A DNA stretch of 64,000 bases from a phage. Under the pieces are notes generated by a model. It saw nothing but the letters and a program-made list of their open reading frames with translations. It searched no databases and was not told where the DNA came from. The position numbers and the translations under genes are program-made. The stretch lies in the sequence record PZ445524.1; one strand, 5' to 3'. Every line of letters begins with the position of its first letter. The stretch's first letter is position 1. Shown piece by piece: positions 22,801 to 32,726 of the stretch.

Positions 22801-23719
22801 AGTGTTTGAAGTTGGCGATGATACATCTTATCACTTTTATTCTCAACGTAATAAAGACGGGAATATAACGTTTAGCATTAATGGTACTGTGATGCCAAAA
22901 AATGTTAACGCTTCAGGCACGTTGAATGCGAATGGCGTAGCAACATTTGGTAGTTCAGTTACAGCCAATGGTGAATTCATTAGCAAGTCTGCAAATGCCT
23001 TTAGAGCAATAAATGGTAATTATGGATTCTTTATCAGGAATGATGGCGGCAGCACATATTTTATGCTTACTGCATCGGGTGATCAGACTGGCGGATTTAA
23101 TGGATTACGTCCATTATCAATTAATAATCAATCTGGACAGGTTATAATTGGTGAAAGCTTAATCATTGCTAAAGGTGCTACTATAAATTCAGGCGGTTTG
23201 ACTGTTGTTAACTCGAGAATTCGTTCTCAGGGTACTAAAACATCTGATTTATACACCCGTGCACCAACATCTGATACTGTAGGATTCTGGTCAATCGATA
23301 TTAATGATTCAGCTACTTATAACCAATTCCCGGGTTATTTTAAAATGGTTGAAAAAACTAATGAAGTGACTGGGCTTCCATACTTAGAACGTGGCGAAGA
23401 AGTTAAATCTCCTGGTACACTGACTCAGTTTGGTAATACACTTGATTCGCTTTACCAAGATTGGATTACTTATCCAACGACGCCAGAAGCGCGTACCACT
23501 CGCTGGACACGTACATGGCAGAAAACCAAAAACTCTTGGTCAAGTTTTGTTCAGGTATTTGACGGAGGTAACCCTCCTCAACCATCTGATATCGGTGCTT
23601 TACCATCTGATAATGCTACAATGGGGAATCTTACTATTCGTGATTTCTTGCGAATTGGTAATGTTCGCATTGTTCCTGACCCAGTGAATAAAACGGTTAA
23701 ATTTGAATGGGTTGAATAA
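19844..23719 (+). CDS. 34: long tail fibre proximal subunit gp34
   Basis: 1291 aa; repeated TPKKL/ATETRRG motifs; late promoter and AGGAG SD upstream. Confidence 0.95.
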   Translation: MAEIKRKFRAEDGLDAGGDKIINVALADRTVGTDGVNVDYLIQENTVQQYDPTRGYLKDFVIIYDNRFWAAINDIPKPAGAFNSGRWRALRTDANWITVSSGSYQLKSGEAISVNTAAGNDITFTLPSSPIDGDTIVLQDIGGKPGVNQVLIVAPVQSIVNFRGEQVRSVLMTHPKSQLVLIFSNRLWQMYVADYSREAIVVTPANTYQAQSNDFIVRRFTSAAPINVKLPRFANHGDIINFVDLDKLNPLYHTIVTTYDETTSIQEVGTHSIEGRTTIDGFLMFDDNEKLWRLFDGDSKARLRIITTNSNIRPNEEVMVFGANNGTAQTIELQLPTDISVGDTVKISMNYMRKGQTVKIKAAGEDKIASSVQLLQFPKRSEYPPETKWVTVQELVFNGETNYVPVLELAYIEDSDGKYWVVQQNVPTVERVDSLNDSTRARLGVIALATQAQANVDLENSPQKELAITPETLANRTATETRRGIARIATTAQVNQNTTFSFADDLIITPKKLNERTATETRRGVAEIATQQETNAGTDDTTIVTPKKLQARQGSESLSGIVTFVSTAGATPASSRELNGTNVYNKNTNNLVVSPKALDQYKATPTQQGAVILAVESEVIAGQSQQGWANAVVTPETLHKKTSTDGRIGLIEIATQSEVNTGTDYTRAVTPKTLNGRKATESLSGIAEIATQVEFDAGVDDTRISTPLKIKTRFNSTDRTSVVALSGLVESGTLWDHYTLNILEANETQRGTLRVATQVEAAAGKLDNVLITPKKLLGTKSTEAQEGVIKVATQSETVTGTSANTAVSPKNLKWIVQSEPTWAATTAVRGFVKTSSGSITFVGNDTVGSTQPLESYEKNSYAVSPYELNRVLANYLPLKAKAADTNLLDGLDSSQFIRRDIAQTVNGSLTLTQQTNLSAPLVSSSTGEFGGSLAANSTFTIRNTGTMTPRIVFEKGPASGANPAQSMSIRVWGNQFGGGSDTTRSTVFEVGDDTSYHFYSQRNKDGNITFSINGTVMPKNVNASGTLNANGVATFGSSVTANGEFISKSANAFRAINGNYGFFIRNDGGSTYFMLTASGDQTGGFNGLRPLSINNQSGQVIIGESLIIAKGATINSGGLTVVNSRIRSQGTKTSDLYTRAPTSDTVGFWSIDINDSATYNQFPGYFKMVEKTNEVTGLPYLERGEEVKSPGTLTQFGNTLDSLYQDWITYPTTPEARTTRWTRTWQKTKNSWSSFVQVFDGGNPPQPSDIGALPSDNATMGNLTIRDFLRIGNVRIVPDPVNKTVKFEWVE

Positions 23720-23727
23720 GAGGTATT

Positions 23728-24843
23728 ATGGAAAAATTTATGGCAAAGTTTGGACAAGGATATGTCCAAACGCCATTTTTATCGGAAAGTAATTCAGTAA
23801 GATATAAAATAAGTATAGCGGGTTCTTGCCCGCTTTCTACAGCAGGACCATACGTTAAATTTCAGGATAATCCTGTAGGAAGTCAAACATTTAGCGCAGG
23901 CCTTCATTTAAGAGTTTTTGATCCTTCCACCGGAGCATTAGTTGATAGTAAGTCATATGCTTTTTCGACTTCAAATGATACAACATCAGCTGCTTTTGTT
24001 AGTTTCATGAATTCTTTGACGAATAATCGAATTGTTGCTATATTAACTAGCGGAAAGGTTAATTTTCCTCCTGAAGTAGTATCTTGGTTAAGAACCGCCG
24101 GAACGTCTGCTTTTCCATCTGACTCTATATTGTCAAGATTCGACGTATCATATGCTGCTTTTTATACTTCTTCTAAAAGAGCTATCGCATTAGAGCATGT
24201 TAAACTGAGTAATAGAAAAAGTACAGATGACTATCAAACTATTTTAGATGTTGTATTTGACAGTTTAGAAGATGTTGGAGCTACCGGGTTTCCAAGAAGA
24301 ACGTATGAAAGCGTTGAGCAATTCATGTCAGCGGTTGGTGGAACTAATAACGAAATTGCGAGATTGCCAACTTCAGCTGCTATAAGTAAATTATCTGATT
24401 ATAATTTAATTCCTGGAGATGTTCTTTATCTTAAAACACAGCTATACGCCGATGCTGATTTACTTGCTCTTGGAACTACGAATATATCCATTCGATTTTA
24501 TAATGCATCTAACGGATATATTTCTTCAACACAGACTGAATTTACCGGGCAAGCTGGGTCATGGGAATTAAAGGAAGATTATGTAGTTGTTCCAGAAAAC
24601 GCTGTAGGATTTACGATATACGCACAGAGAACTGCACAAGCTGGCCAAGGCGGCATGAGAAATTTAAGCTTTTCTGAAGTATCAAGAAACGGCGGCATTT
24701 CGAAACCTGCTGAATTTGGCGTCAATGGTATTCGTGTTAATTATATCTGTGAATCCGCTTCACCTCCGGATATAATGGTACTTCCTACACAAGCATCGTC
24801 TAAAACTGGTAAAGTGTTTGGGCAAGAATTTAGAGAAGTATAA
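23728..24843 (+). CDS. 35: long tail fibre hinge protein gp35
   Basis: 371 aa; SD AAGAGG. Confidence 0.9.
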   Translation: MEKFMAKFGQGYVQTPFLSESNSVRYKISIAGSCPLSTAGPYVKFQDNPVGSQTFSAGLHLRVFDPSTGALVDSKSYAFSTSNDTTSAAFVSFMNSLTNNRIVAILTSGKVNFPPEVVSWLRTAGTSAFPSDSILSRFDVSYAAFYTSSKRAIALEHVKLSNRKSTDDYQTILDVVFDSLEDVGATGFPRRTYESVEQFMSAVGGTNNEIARLPTSAAISKLSDYNLIPGDVLYLKTQLYADADLLALGTTNISIRFYNASNGYISSTQTEFTGQAGSWELKEDYVVVPENAVGFTIYAQRTAQAGQGGMRNLSFSEVSRNGGISKPAEFGVNGIRVNYICESASPPDIMVLPTQASSKTGKVFGQEFREV

Positions 24844-24847
24844 ATTG

Positions 24848-24872
24848 AGGGAGCCTTCGGGTTCCCTTTTTC
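24848..24872 (+). terminator. terminator-like hairpin after gene 35
   Basis: GGGAGCC-UUCG-GGUUCCC (one mismatch) followed by UUUUUCUUU. Confidence 0.55.
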
Positions 24873-24874
24873 TT

Positions 24875-24882
24875 TATAAATA
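24875..24882 (+). promoter_or_regulatory. late promoter TATAAATA for gene 36
   Basis: Exact TATAAATA between the post-gene-35 hairpin and the gene 36 SD. Confidence 0.75.
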
Positions 24883-24905
24883 CTATTAAAATAAAGGGGC
24901 ATACA

Positions 24906-25565
24906 ATGGCTGATTTAAAAGTAGGTTCAACAACCGGAGGCTCTGTCATTTGGCATCAAGGAAATTTTCCATTGAATCCGGCCGGTGACGATGTACTCTA
25001 TAAATCATTTAAAATATATTCAGAATATAATAAACCACAAGCTGCTGATAACGATTTCGTTTCTAAAGCTAATGGCGGTACTTATCTAAACCGAGTTACC
25101 TTTAACCGGGGTATTCAAGTCCCGGGAGCCGGCAATGGTCTGACCGGGATGTTTGTTGGGCCAGGTGATGGAGCAACTTATGATAATGTTAACCTTGATA
25201 TAATATCTTGGTATGGTATCGGATTTAAATCATCTCAAGGAACAGGACCCAGGACAATTGTTTTTAACGTTCGTGATGGTGAAATTTCGGCCCGTGGTAA
25301 TATAAATTCACAGCGTCAGGTGCGAGCCGAAGCCGCAGCGCCCATTGCCGCAAATGACCTTACTAGAAAGGACTATGTTGATGGAGCAATAAATACTGTT
25401 ACAGCAAATGCGAACTCTAGAGTGTTACGATCTGGCGACACTATGACGGGTAACTTAACCGCACCAAACTTTTTTTCGCAGAATCCTGCATCTCAACCTT
25501 CACATGTTCCACGATTTGACCAAATCGTAATTAAGGATTCTGTTCAAGATTTCGGCTATTATTAA
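24906..25565 (+). CDS. 36: long tail fibre distal connector gp36
   Basis: 219 aa; late promoter TATAAATA upstream. Confidence 0.9.
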   Translation: MADLKVGSTTGGSVIWHQGNFPLNPAGDDVLYKSFKIYSEYNKPQAADNDFVSKANGGTYLNRVTFNRGIQVPGAGNGLTGMFVGPGDGATYDNVNLDIISWYGIGFKSSQGTGPRTIVFNVRDGEISARGNINSQRQVRAEAAAPIAANDLTRKDYVDGAINTVTANANSRVLRSGDTMTGNLTAPNFFSQNPASQPSHVPRFDQIVIKDSVQDFGYY

Positions 25566-25573
25566 GAGGACTT

Positions 25574-28500
25574 ATGGCTACTTTAAAACAAATACAATTT
25601 AAAAGAAGCAAAACCGCAGGTGCACGTCCTGCTGCTTCAGTATTAGCCGAAGGTGAATTGGCTATAAACTTAAAAGATAGAACACTTTTTACTAAAGATG
25701 ATTCAGGAAATATCATTGATTTAAGCATTTCCGCTGGCGGTAATATCAGTGGAAATATCACTCAAACTGGTGATTATACACAGACTGGAAAATTTAATTT
25801 AATTGGTCCGCAAATTGTAGCAAGCGGTGGATATATTGAGTTTAATTATCGTACTACTGGAAGTGGGGCTTGGTCCGGTCAACATACTGCGAAAGCTCCA
25901 ATTTTTGTAGATTTAAGCTCAGCTACTTCCACATCTGAATATAATCCTATAATTAAACAGCGCTTTAAAGATGGAACTTTTTCTGTTGGTACGTTAGTAA
26001 ATGAAGGAAGTTTTAAGATTCATTATATCAATGAAACTGGGGATTCGAAATATTGGACTTTTAATCGTAATGGTAATTTCCAAGTTGTCACGGGCGATTT
26101 ATTTGTCAGCAACGGTAATATTTCCGCTTCAGGCAATATTAACTCGGCAACTGGATTTGTTTCTGCACCGCAGATTAATACAAAAACCATAGTTTTTGAT
26201 ACAAAAGCATTCGGACAATACGATTCGCAGTCATTAGTTCAATATGTTTATCCTGGAACCGGTGAAACAAACGGAATCAATTACCTTCGTAAAGTTCGAG
26301 CTAAATCAGGCGGAACCATTTACCATGAAATCGCTTCTGCGCAGACCGGTAAGAATGATGAAATTTCTTGGTGGACCGGAAATACACTTACTACTAAATT
26401 AATGGGTCTTCGTAATGATGGCGCAATGGTATTACGTCGTTCACTTGCTATTGGCACAATTACCACCGATGAAAATACTAACAACTATGGTTCTCCTACT
26501 CCAATGGGAGAAAGATATATTGCTTTGGGCGATGCTGCCACTGGTTTAAAATACATTAAGCAGGGTGTTTATGATTTAGTAGGTAATTGGAATTCTGTTG
26601 CTTCTATTACTCCTGATAGTTTCCGTAGTACTCGTAAAGCATTATTTGGACGTTCCGAGGACCAAGGCGGAACGTGGATTATGCCTGGAACGAACGCTGC
26701 TCTCTTGTCTGTTCAAACCCAGGCAGATGTGAATAACGCAGGTGATGGTCAAACCCACATTGGATATAATTCTGGCGGTAAAATGTCCCACTATTTCCGC
26801 GGTAAAGGCCAAACTAATATTAATACTCAAGAAGGCATGGAAGTTAACCCTGGTATTTTGAAATTGGTAACTGGCTCTAATAACGTACAGTTTTATGCCG
26901 ACGGAACAGTATCTTCAATACAAAGAATTAAATTTGATAACGGATTAGTTCTTACTGGTGCTAGACCCGACGGTATTCAACTTGACGCTCCTACAACAAC
27001 AGATGGCACTAAAACTATATTGTGGGCCGGCGGTACTCGCCCAGGTCAGAATAAAAGTTATCTATCTATCAAAGCATGGGGTAATGCCTTTAATGCATCT
27101 GGCGATCGTGCTCGTGAAACGGTTTTTGAGGTAGGTGATGGACAAGGTTACCATTTTTATTCTCAACGAGTTGCTCCCGGATCAGGTTCTACCGTCGGAC
27201 CTATTCAATTTCGAGTTAATGGTGGTTTATTAACTGCAGGTAGTATTGTTGCTTCTGGTTCTATTACAACTGAATCTTCTTTGAGTGTTAATAATGGCAT
27301 GTCAGTAATCGGTGAATTAAAGGTTGGTGGTACCGCAGATAACTTCCGTATTTGGAACGCTAAATACGGCGCTATTTTCCGTCGTTCAGAAGATTCCTTG
27401 TATATAATTCCTACAGCCATTAACCAAGGCGAAAGCGGTGGAATAAGCGATATAAGACCGTTCAGTATTAACCTTGGCACTGGCTCTGTTGCAATGGGTA
27501 ACCATACTCAAGCGGGTAAAAACCTTTTCACGGTTGATAACGTTTCTAAATTAGTACAAACTGATGTTCGTTTCCGTGTTAACATGGATTCCGACGGTAT
27601 TGTTTTGAATGCTTCTTCTCAAGCAGCGTCTAACTTTATCCAAGGACGTAAAGCAGATGCTCCGAAATGGTATCTCGGTATTGGCGACGGTGGTAACGTT
27701 GTTCGTTTACATAACTATACCTATTCCCACGGTATTGCATTAAACTCTGATACTGTAGATATTACTAAGCCTCTTAAAATTAATAATATTCGAATTGGTA
27801 CAGATGGCAACATCACAGGTGGTACTGATAATTTTGCCAATTTAAATACAACGTTAAACAATAAAGTCAATGTTGGTGGTTGGTCAGGCGGAGCTACAAC
27901 TGGGTGGTATAAGTTTGCGACAGTTAATATTCCTCAATCTACTGGAACAGTATCATTTAAAATATATGGTGGTTCAGGATTTAATTTTAAAAGTTATGGG
28001 CAAGCTTCTGTCGCAGAAATAATTCTTAGAACTGGAAATAATAATCCTAAAGGACTTAACGCTACATTATGGAACAGAACTTCTGAAGCATTTTCACAAA
28101 TTGCTACAGTTAACACAAGCAATGATACATATGACGTTTATGTTTATGTGGGAGGATATTCAAATGCTTTAGTCGTCGAATATTCATGTACCAGTAATAG
28201 TACAGTAACTGTGGTTGGTGTTAATGGAGGAATTCAACCTATTGTTGAAACACTTCCAGAAGGTCATGTAGTAGGTAAAACTGTAAAATTATTGAATAAC
28301 ATTGATGGAATGTTTTCAGCTGGTGAATCTGATATTATTACTCGCGGTGAATTTGTTACCAATAACCAAAAAGGTTTACGCATTAAATCTAGAGGCAACG
28401 ATATTGATTCTAATGCTGTTATTATTCGAAATGATGGTGGAAGTTTTTATATTCTAGCTACAGATAAGAATACATCATCAAATCCTGATGCTGCATCAGG

Positions 28501-29467
28501 TAATTGGAATAATTTAAGACCTTTCTCCATTAATATGGCTGATGGTCGCGTTGGTATGAACCATGGTCTAAATATTACCGGCGGTGGCTTGAATGTTACT
28601 GGTGGCTTGAATGTTACTAGTGGTAATACTAGTTTAGGTAATATCTCGTCTCGTGTAGTAGCAGGTTGGCGAGGAGCGTCTGGTTGGGCTGATAACTCGG
28701 ATACAATGAAATCTAAAATCACCTTTATGGCAGACCATGGGGATTTATCTAATTCAGGCAGTTATTATCCTATTGTAGGTGCATACAGCAACTATGGTTC
28801 AGCGGGTTATCGTCAAACCTTTGAATTTGGATGGGTCGGCTCTGGTACCACCGCTGGATGGCGAGAAGGTATTATTCGTATTCGCGGAGATAGTTCTAGC
28901 GGCCAGCAAGCAAGATGGCGATTTACAATGGATGGTATTTTAGATTGCCCGGGTAAAGTACAGATGCCACAAACAAGTGCATTTGGTGTCAATACAACAA
29001 ACGCACTTGGTGGAAACAGTATAACATTTGGTGATAGCGATACTGGTATTAAGCAAAATGGCGATGGATTATTAGACATATATGCGAACAACGTACAAGT
29101 ATTCCGTTTCCAAAACGGTGATTTGTACTCATACAAAAATATAAATGCTCCAAACGTTTATATTCGTTCTGATATTCGTTTAAAATCCAACTTTAAGCCT
29201 ATCGAAAATGCACTTGATAAAGTTGAAAAACTTAACGGTGTCATTTACGATAAAGCTGAATACATCGGTGGAGAGGCAATTGAAACTGAAGCAGGTATTG
29301 TGGCTCAAACGTTACAAGACGTTTTACCAGAAGCTGTCCGTGAAACAGAAGATAGCAAGGGTAATAAAATACTCACTGTTTCTTCTCAAGCCCAGATTGC
29401 TCTTCTAGTTGAAGCTGTGAAAACACTTTCTTCTCGTGTAAAAGAACTTGAATCTAAACTTATGTAA
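25574..29467 (+). CDS. 37: long tail fibre distal subunit gp37 with C-terminal S74-like intramolecular chaperone domain
   Basis: 1297 aa; N-terminus MATLKQIQFKRSK; last ~100 aa SDIRLK...GIVAQTLQDVLPEAV match the endosialidase-chaperone pattern. Confidence 0.9.
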   Translation: MATLKQIQFKRSKTAGARPAASVLAEGELAINLKDRTLFTKDDSGNIIDLSISAGGNISGNITQTGDYTQTGKFNLIGPQIVASGGYIEFNYRTTGSGAWSGQHTAKAPIFVDLSSATSTSEYNPIIKQRFKDGTFSVGTLVNEGSFKIHYINETGDSKYWTFNRNGNFQVVTGDLFVSNGNISASGNINSATGFVSAPQINTKTIVFDTKAFGQYDSQSLVQYVYPGTGETNGINYLRKVRAKSGGTIYHEIASAQTGKNDEISWWTGNTLTTKLMGLRNDGAMVLRRSLAIGTITTDENTNNYGSPTPMGERYIALGDAATGLKYIKQGVYDLVGNWNSVASITPDSFRSTRKALFGRSEDQGGTWIMPGTNAALLSVQTQADVNNAGDGQTHIGYNSGGKMSHYFRGKGQTNINTQEGMEVNPGILKLVTGSNNVQFYADGTVSSIQRIKFDNGLVLTGARPDGIQLDAPTTTDGTKTILWAGGTRPGQNKSYLSIKAWGNAFNASGDRARETVFEVGDGQGYHFYSQRVAPGSGSTVGPIQFRVNGGLLTAGSIVASGSITTESSLSVNNGMSVIGELKVGGTADNFRIWNAKYGAIFRRSEDSLYIIPTAINQGESGGISDIRPFSINLGTGSVAMGNHTQAGKNLFTVDNVSKLVQTDVRFRVNMDSDGIVLNASSQAASNFIQGRKADAPKWYLGIGDGGNVVRLHNYTYSHGIALNSDTVDITKPLKINNIRIGTDGNITGGTDNFANLNTTLNNKVNVGGWSGGATTGWYKFATVNIPQSTGTVSFKIYGGSGFNFKSYGQASVAEIILRTGNNNPKGLNATLWNRTSEAFSQIATVNTSNDTYDVYVYVGGYSNALVVEYSCTSNSTVTVVGVNGGIQPIVETLPEGHVVGKTVKLLNNIDGMFSAGESDIITRGEFVTNNQKGLRIKSRGNDIDSNAVIIRNDGGSFYILATDKNTSSNPDAASGNWNNLRPFSINMADGRVGMNHGLNITGGGLNVTGGLNVTSGNTSLGNISSRVVAGWRGASGWADNSDTMKSKITFMADHGDLSNSGSYYPIVGAYSNYGSAGYRQTFEFGWVGSGTTAGWREGIIRIRGDSSSGQQARWRFTMDGILDCPGKVQMPQTSAFGVNTTNALGGNSITFGDSDTGIKQNGDGLLDIYANNVQVFRFQNGDLYSYKNINAPNVYIRSDIRLKSNFKPIENALDKVEKLNGVIYDKAEYIGGEAIETEAGIVAQTLQDVLPEAVRETEDSKGNKILTVSSQAQIALLVEAVKTLSSRVKELESKLM

Positions 29468-29469
29468 AA

Positions 29470-29487
29470 GAGGGCTTCGGCCCTCTA
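29470..29487 (+). other. UUCG-tetraloop hairpin between genes 37 and 38
   Basis: AGAGGGC-UUCG-GCCCUCU directly after the gene 37 stop, 10 nt before the gene 38 SD. Confidence 0.6.
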
Positions 29488-29497
29488 AGGATTTTTA

Positions 29498-30283
29498 ATG
29501 GCAATTGTAGGTGTTCCTGGCTGGATTGGTGAATCTGCCGTGAATGAAACTGGACAACGTTGGATGGATGCTGCGATGAAAGCTGTTCGTGTTTCAGTTC
29601 CCGGCTGGATGAGCTCAATGGCTGGGCAATCTAAAGAAGTATATTATAGCGTTGGTGCTAGTAATTCTTATAATAAAGACACACTAATAAATTGGATAAA
29701 AGCCCAAGGTAGTACTCCTGTTGTTATTACAATTACAGGAAATATTGTTTCTCAATCTACAGGTGTTCCATGCTTAGATTTTCCTAGCTCATTAACTAAT
29801 GCATACGTGACACTTAATATCAATTCAGGCGTGTATGTTTGGGGTCGCGGCGGTAATGGTGGAAATAACTCTGCTGGTGGAGCAGGAGGAACTGCAATAA
29901 ATAACGGAATTGGAACTAGATTACGTATTAACAACAATGGTGTTATCGCAGGCGGTGGCGGCGGTGGCGGTGGTGGGTATTATTCTCCTATGTCACAAAT
30001 GAAATTAACCTTTGGCGGTGGCGGCGGTCGTCCGTTTGGTGCTGCTGGTGGATCTGCCAACATGCAATCAGGCGCAACTGCTGGTACTATTTCCGCGCCA
30101 GGTAAAGGGTCTGTCAACGGTGTCTATAATGGCGGAAACGGCGGTGATGCTGGTGCCGCAGGTGGTAAATGTAATATTCGTGGTCAAGGATCAGAATATA
30201 ACGGCGGTGCTGCGGGTAAAGCTGTTACTGGTAATGCTCCAACTTGGACTAAAGTTGGTACAATATACGGTTCAAGAGTATAA
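29498..30283 (+). CDS. 38: receptor-recognising adhesin gp38 (T2-type, glycine-rich)
   Basis: 261 aa; poly-Gly tracts (GGGGGGGGGYY, FGGGGGRPFGAAGG) separating short variable segments. Confidence 0.85.
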   Translation: MAIVGVPGWIGESAVNETGQRWMDAAMKAVRVSVPGWMSSMAGQSKEVYYSVGASNSYNKDTLINWIKAQGSTPVVITITGNIVSQSTGVPCLDFPSSLTNAYVTLNINSGVYVWGRGGNGGNNSAGGAGGTAINNGIGTRLRINNNGVIAGGGGGGGGGYYSPMSQMKLTFGGGGGRPFGAAGGSANMQSGATAGTISAPGKGSVNGVYNGGNGGDAGAAGGKCNIRGQGSEYNGGAAGKAVTGNAPTWTKVGTIYGSRV

Positions 30284-30313
30284 TTTGAATAAATATCCTT
30301 AAAAGGAGGGTCT

Positions 30314-30970
30314 ATGGCAGCACCTAGAATATCATTTTCGCCCTCTGATATTCTGTTTGGTGTTCTAGATCGCTTGTTCAAAGATAACGCTACCGGGAAG
30401 GTTCTTGCTTCCCGGGTAGCTGTCGTAATTCTTTTATTTATGATGGCGATTGTTTGGTATAGGGGAGATAGTTTCTTTGAGTACTATAAGCAATCAAAGT
30501 ATGAAACATACCGTGAAATTATTGAAAAGGAAAGAACTGCACGCTTTGAATCTGTCGCCCTGGAACAACTCCAGATAGTTCATATATCATCTGAGGCAGA
30601 CTTTAGTGCGGTGTATTCTTTCCGCCCTAAAAACTTAAACTATTTTGTTGATATTATAGCATACGAAGGAAGATTACCTTCAACAATAACTGAAAAATCA
30701 CTTGGAGGATATCCTGTTGATAAAACTATGGATGAATATACAGTTCATTTAAATGGACGTCATTATTATTCCAACTCAAAATTTGCTTTTTTACCAACTA
30801 AAAAGCCTACTCCCGAAATAAACTACATGTACAGTTGTCCATATTTTAATTTGGATAATATCTATGCTGGAACGATAACCATGTACTGGTATAGAAATGA
30901 TCATATAAGTAATGACCGCCTTGAATCAATATGTGCTCAGGCGGCCAGAATATTAGGAAGGGCTAAATAA
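30314..30970 (+). CDS. t: holin T
   Basis: 218 aa; single N-terminal TM segment and large periplasmic domain; SD AAGGAGGG. Confidence 0.9.
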   Translation: MAAPRISFSPSDILFGVLDRLFKDNATGKVLASRVAVVILLFMMAIVWYRGDSFFEYYKQSKYETYREIIEKERTARFESVALEQLQIVHISSEADFSAVYSFRPKNLNYFVDIIAYEGRLPSTITEKSLGGYPVDKTMDEYTVHLNGRHYYSNSKFAFLPTKKPTPEINYMYSCPYFNLDNIYAGTITMYWYRNDHISNDRLESICAQAARILGRAK

Positions 30971-31243
30971 TTATTTGTTCGTATACATCTCTAGATATCG
31001 ATATACACCCTCAAAACCCTCGTTGAATTCGTCGATGAGGGTTTTCTTATCTTCCTGAGTTAATTCAGAAACAATTTTACGGAATGAATTCTGATTTAAT
31101 TTTCTACCTTCATGCGTTACTCCAATCTCATTCAGAAATGCAATAAAATTAGCACGATTCTCAACAATATCTTCTCTGGAAAATTTAATCAAAATAGACG
31201 CAACAGTAATAATTTCACGAACTGTATCAATATTTTTATTCAT
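30971..31243 (-). CDS. asiA: anti-sigma70 factor AsiA
   Basis: 90 aa; convergent with t. Confidence 0.9.
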   Translation of the reverse strand: MNKNIDTVREIITVASILIKFSREDIVENRANFIAFLNEIGVTHEGRKLNQNSFRKIVSELTQEDKKTLIDEFNEGFEGVYRYLEMYTNK

Positions 31244-31404
31244 TAACTATACCACTCAATTAGTTGACTTTGTTATAATATCATCAGACGCTTGATTTGT
31301 AAACTGGTCTGTGTTATTTTCTTTAAAAATTTTTTCTACGAATTCCTTGAACGACTCACGTTCCTGAGCTACATTATGCTCGATTACCTTTTCAAGATTA
31401 TGAC

Positions 31405-31683
31405 TCATTCGAAATAATCTTCAATTTCGTAATCATGGACATAAATCATTATAGTTTTTAATACATCATCGATACTTTTTCCTGGTGCTGGAATTACGTA
31501 AAAATACCCTGCTTTTGAGAGGTCTTTATAAGTTCCAATCAAGAAATCATTATTCTCAAGATGTAGTTCTTCAACTAATTCATTGACAATTGAGTGGTAT
31601 AAATTTGGTAGAAACTTATATAGCTTTTCTAGAATATCAATTTTGATTGTATATTGAACCACGGACTGAGAATCAATAATCAT
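31405..31683 (-). CDS. arn: putative anti-restriction nuclease Arn
   Basis: 92 aa acidic protein at the expected position next to asiA; positional call. Confidence 0.6.
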   Translation of the reverse strand: MIIDSQSVVQYTIKIDILEKLYKFLPNLYHSIVNELVEELHLENNDFLIGTYKDLSKAGYFYVIPAPGKSIDDVLKTIMIYVHDYEIEDYFE

Positions 31684-31766
31684 AGACCTTCCCCTTATGT
31701 TTCTGTTTGCGATTAGATTCTTTAAACGCTTTCTTCTTATCCTTATGAACAGAAGCTTTATTAAAA

Positions 31767-31985
31767 TTATGCTTTGCGACTAAATTGTTCATAGTGCTGA
31801 ATTACCTCTCTCAAACATTTGCATGTGAATGAAAACTTTTTAGCTACACCACATTCAAATATATGTTCTCTTAAATCGTGTGTATCGGTATATCCCATCT
31901 CAACAATAAAATGCCGTATTAGATTTTTATCTTTATCATTGAGAGAATTAAAATAATCAGATTTTGAATTAATTTCCCTGGCCAA
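31767..31985 (-). CDS. hypothetical protein (72 aa)
   Basis: TTG start with AAGGTG SD; four-cysteine pattern CG...C.C. Confidence 0.4.
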   Translation of the reverse strand: MAREINSKSDYFNSLNDKDKNLIRHFIVEMGYTDTHDLREHIFECGVAKKFSFTCKCLREVIQHYEQFSRKA

Positions 31986-32265
31986 ATTGAATCACCTTCA
32001 GTTGACGTTTTAACTCTTTTATCATTTCTTCGTTCATCGTAATATAAAGATCGCGTAAAGCAGGTTTTAACATTCCATTTACTGGAGAACTAAATGGACA
32101 TACATAATCTTTTCCTACAAGCTTTTTGGTGAATTCCATATCACAGAACTTAAATCCCGGCTCATTGGTATAAATTCCCCAATTAGTTGACATCATTTTA
32201 TTGGCATATTCCAGTGCCTGGATTTGATTCATAATTCCATCAATTTGAAACTTTTTAATATTCAT
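31969..32265 (-). CDS. hypothetical protein (98 aa)
   Basis: ATG at 32263-32265, 1-nt overlap with upstream stop. Confidence 0.5.
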   Translation of the reverse strand: MNIKKFQIDGIMNQIQALEYANKMMSTNWGIYTNEPGFKFCDMEFTKKLVGKDYVCPFSSPVNGMLKPALRDLYITMNEEMIKELKRQLKVIQFGQGN

Positions 32266-32726
32266 TAGTAAAGGTCCTCAGAGTAAAGTTCTTTTTCACT
32301 ACCACCACGTTCAATACGTACTTGTCCAGCGTAAGTTGCAATAATCATTGCTTCTTCACGTGTCCAATAATTACTATATTGGTCAATAAACCCTTGGTCA
32401 TCATCACAAACTTGCTGAGTAACTAATTGAGGTTTAACTACATCTAAAACTTCTGCCATATCTTTAGAATAATGACGAGCACCTGGAATAATAAGAGTTC
32501 GTCCATCTTTTAATTTAAAACGATTAGCTGCGCAAACAATTCGTCGTTGATACTTTTGATTTTCATCCCAATATGCAGTCTGCCAACAGATTTCAGGAAC
32601 TTCTTTCAGAATATCTTCTTCTGTGCATTTATAACCATGCGCTTTAAATTTTTCAACAAGACTTTCTGGAGTTTCACGAGATAAAGGAACATTCAGCATT
32701 TTTAAACGATTGATAAATGGGTTCAT
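32265..32726 (-). CDS. hypothetical protein (153 aa)
   Basis: ATGA overlap with upstream gene. Confidence 0.55.
   Translation of the reverse strand: MNPFINRLKMLNVPLSRETPESLVEKFKAHGYKCTEEDILKEVPEICWQTAYWDENQKYQRRIVCAANRFKLKDGRTLIIPGARHYSKDMAEVLDVVKPQLVTQQVCDDDQGFIDQYSNYWTREEAMIIATYAGQVRIERGGSEKELYSEDLY

Noticed and set aside
19844-29467. Minus-strand ORFs embedded in tail fibre genes 34 and 37 (21260-21502, 26642-26830, 27205-27480, 28447-28722, 28813-29136)
   Set aside because: Antisense to long, clearly coding late genes; no SD or promoter; typical chance frames
29940-30030. GGC/GGT-rich repeat DNA considered as a CRISPR-like or tandem-repeat array
   Set aside because: It encodes the poly-glycine linkers of gp38 in frame; it is coding low-complexity sequence, not a spacer-repeat array
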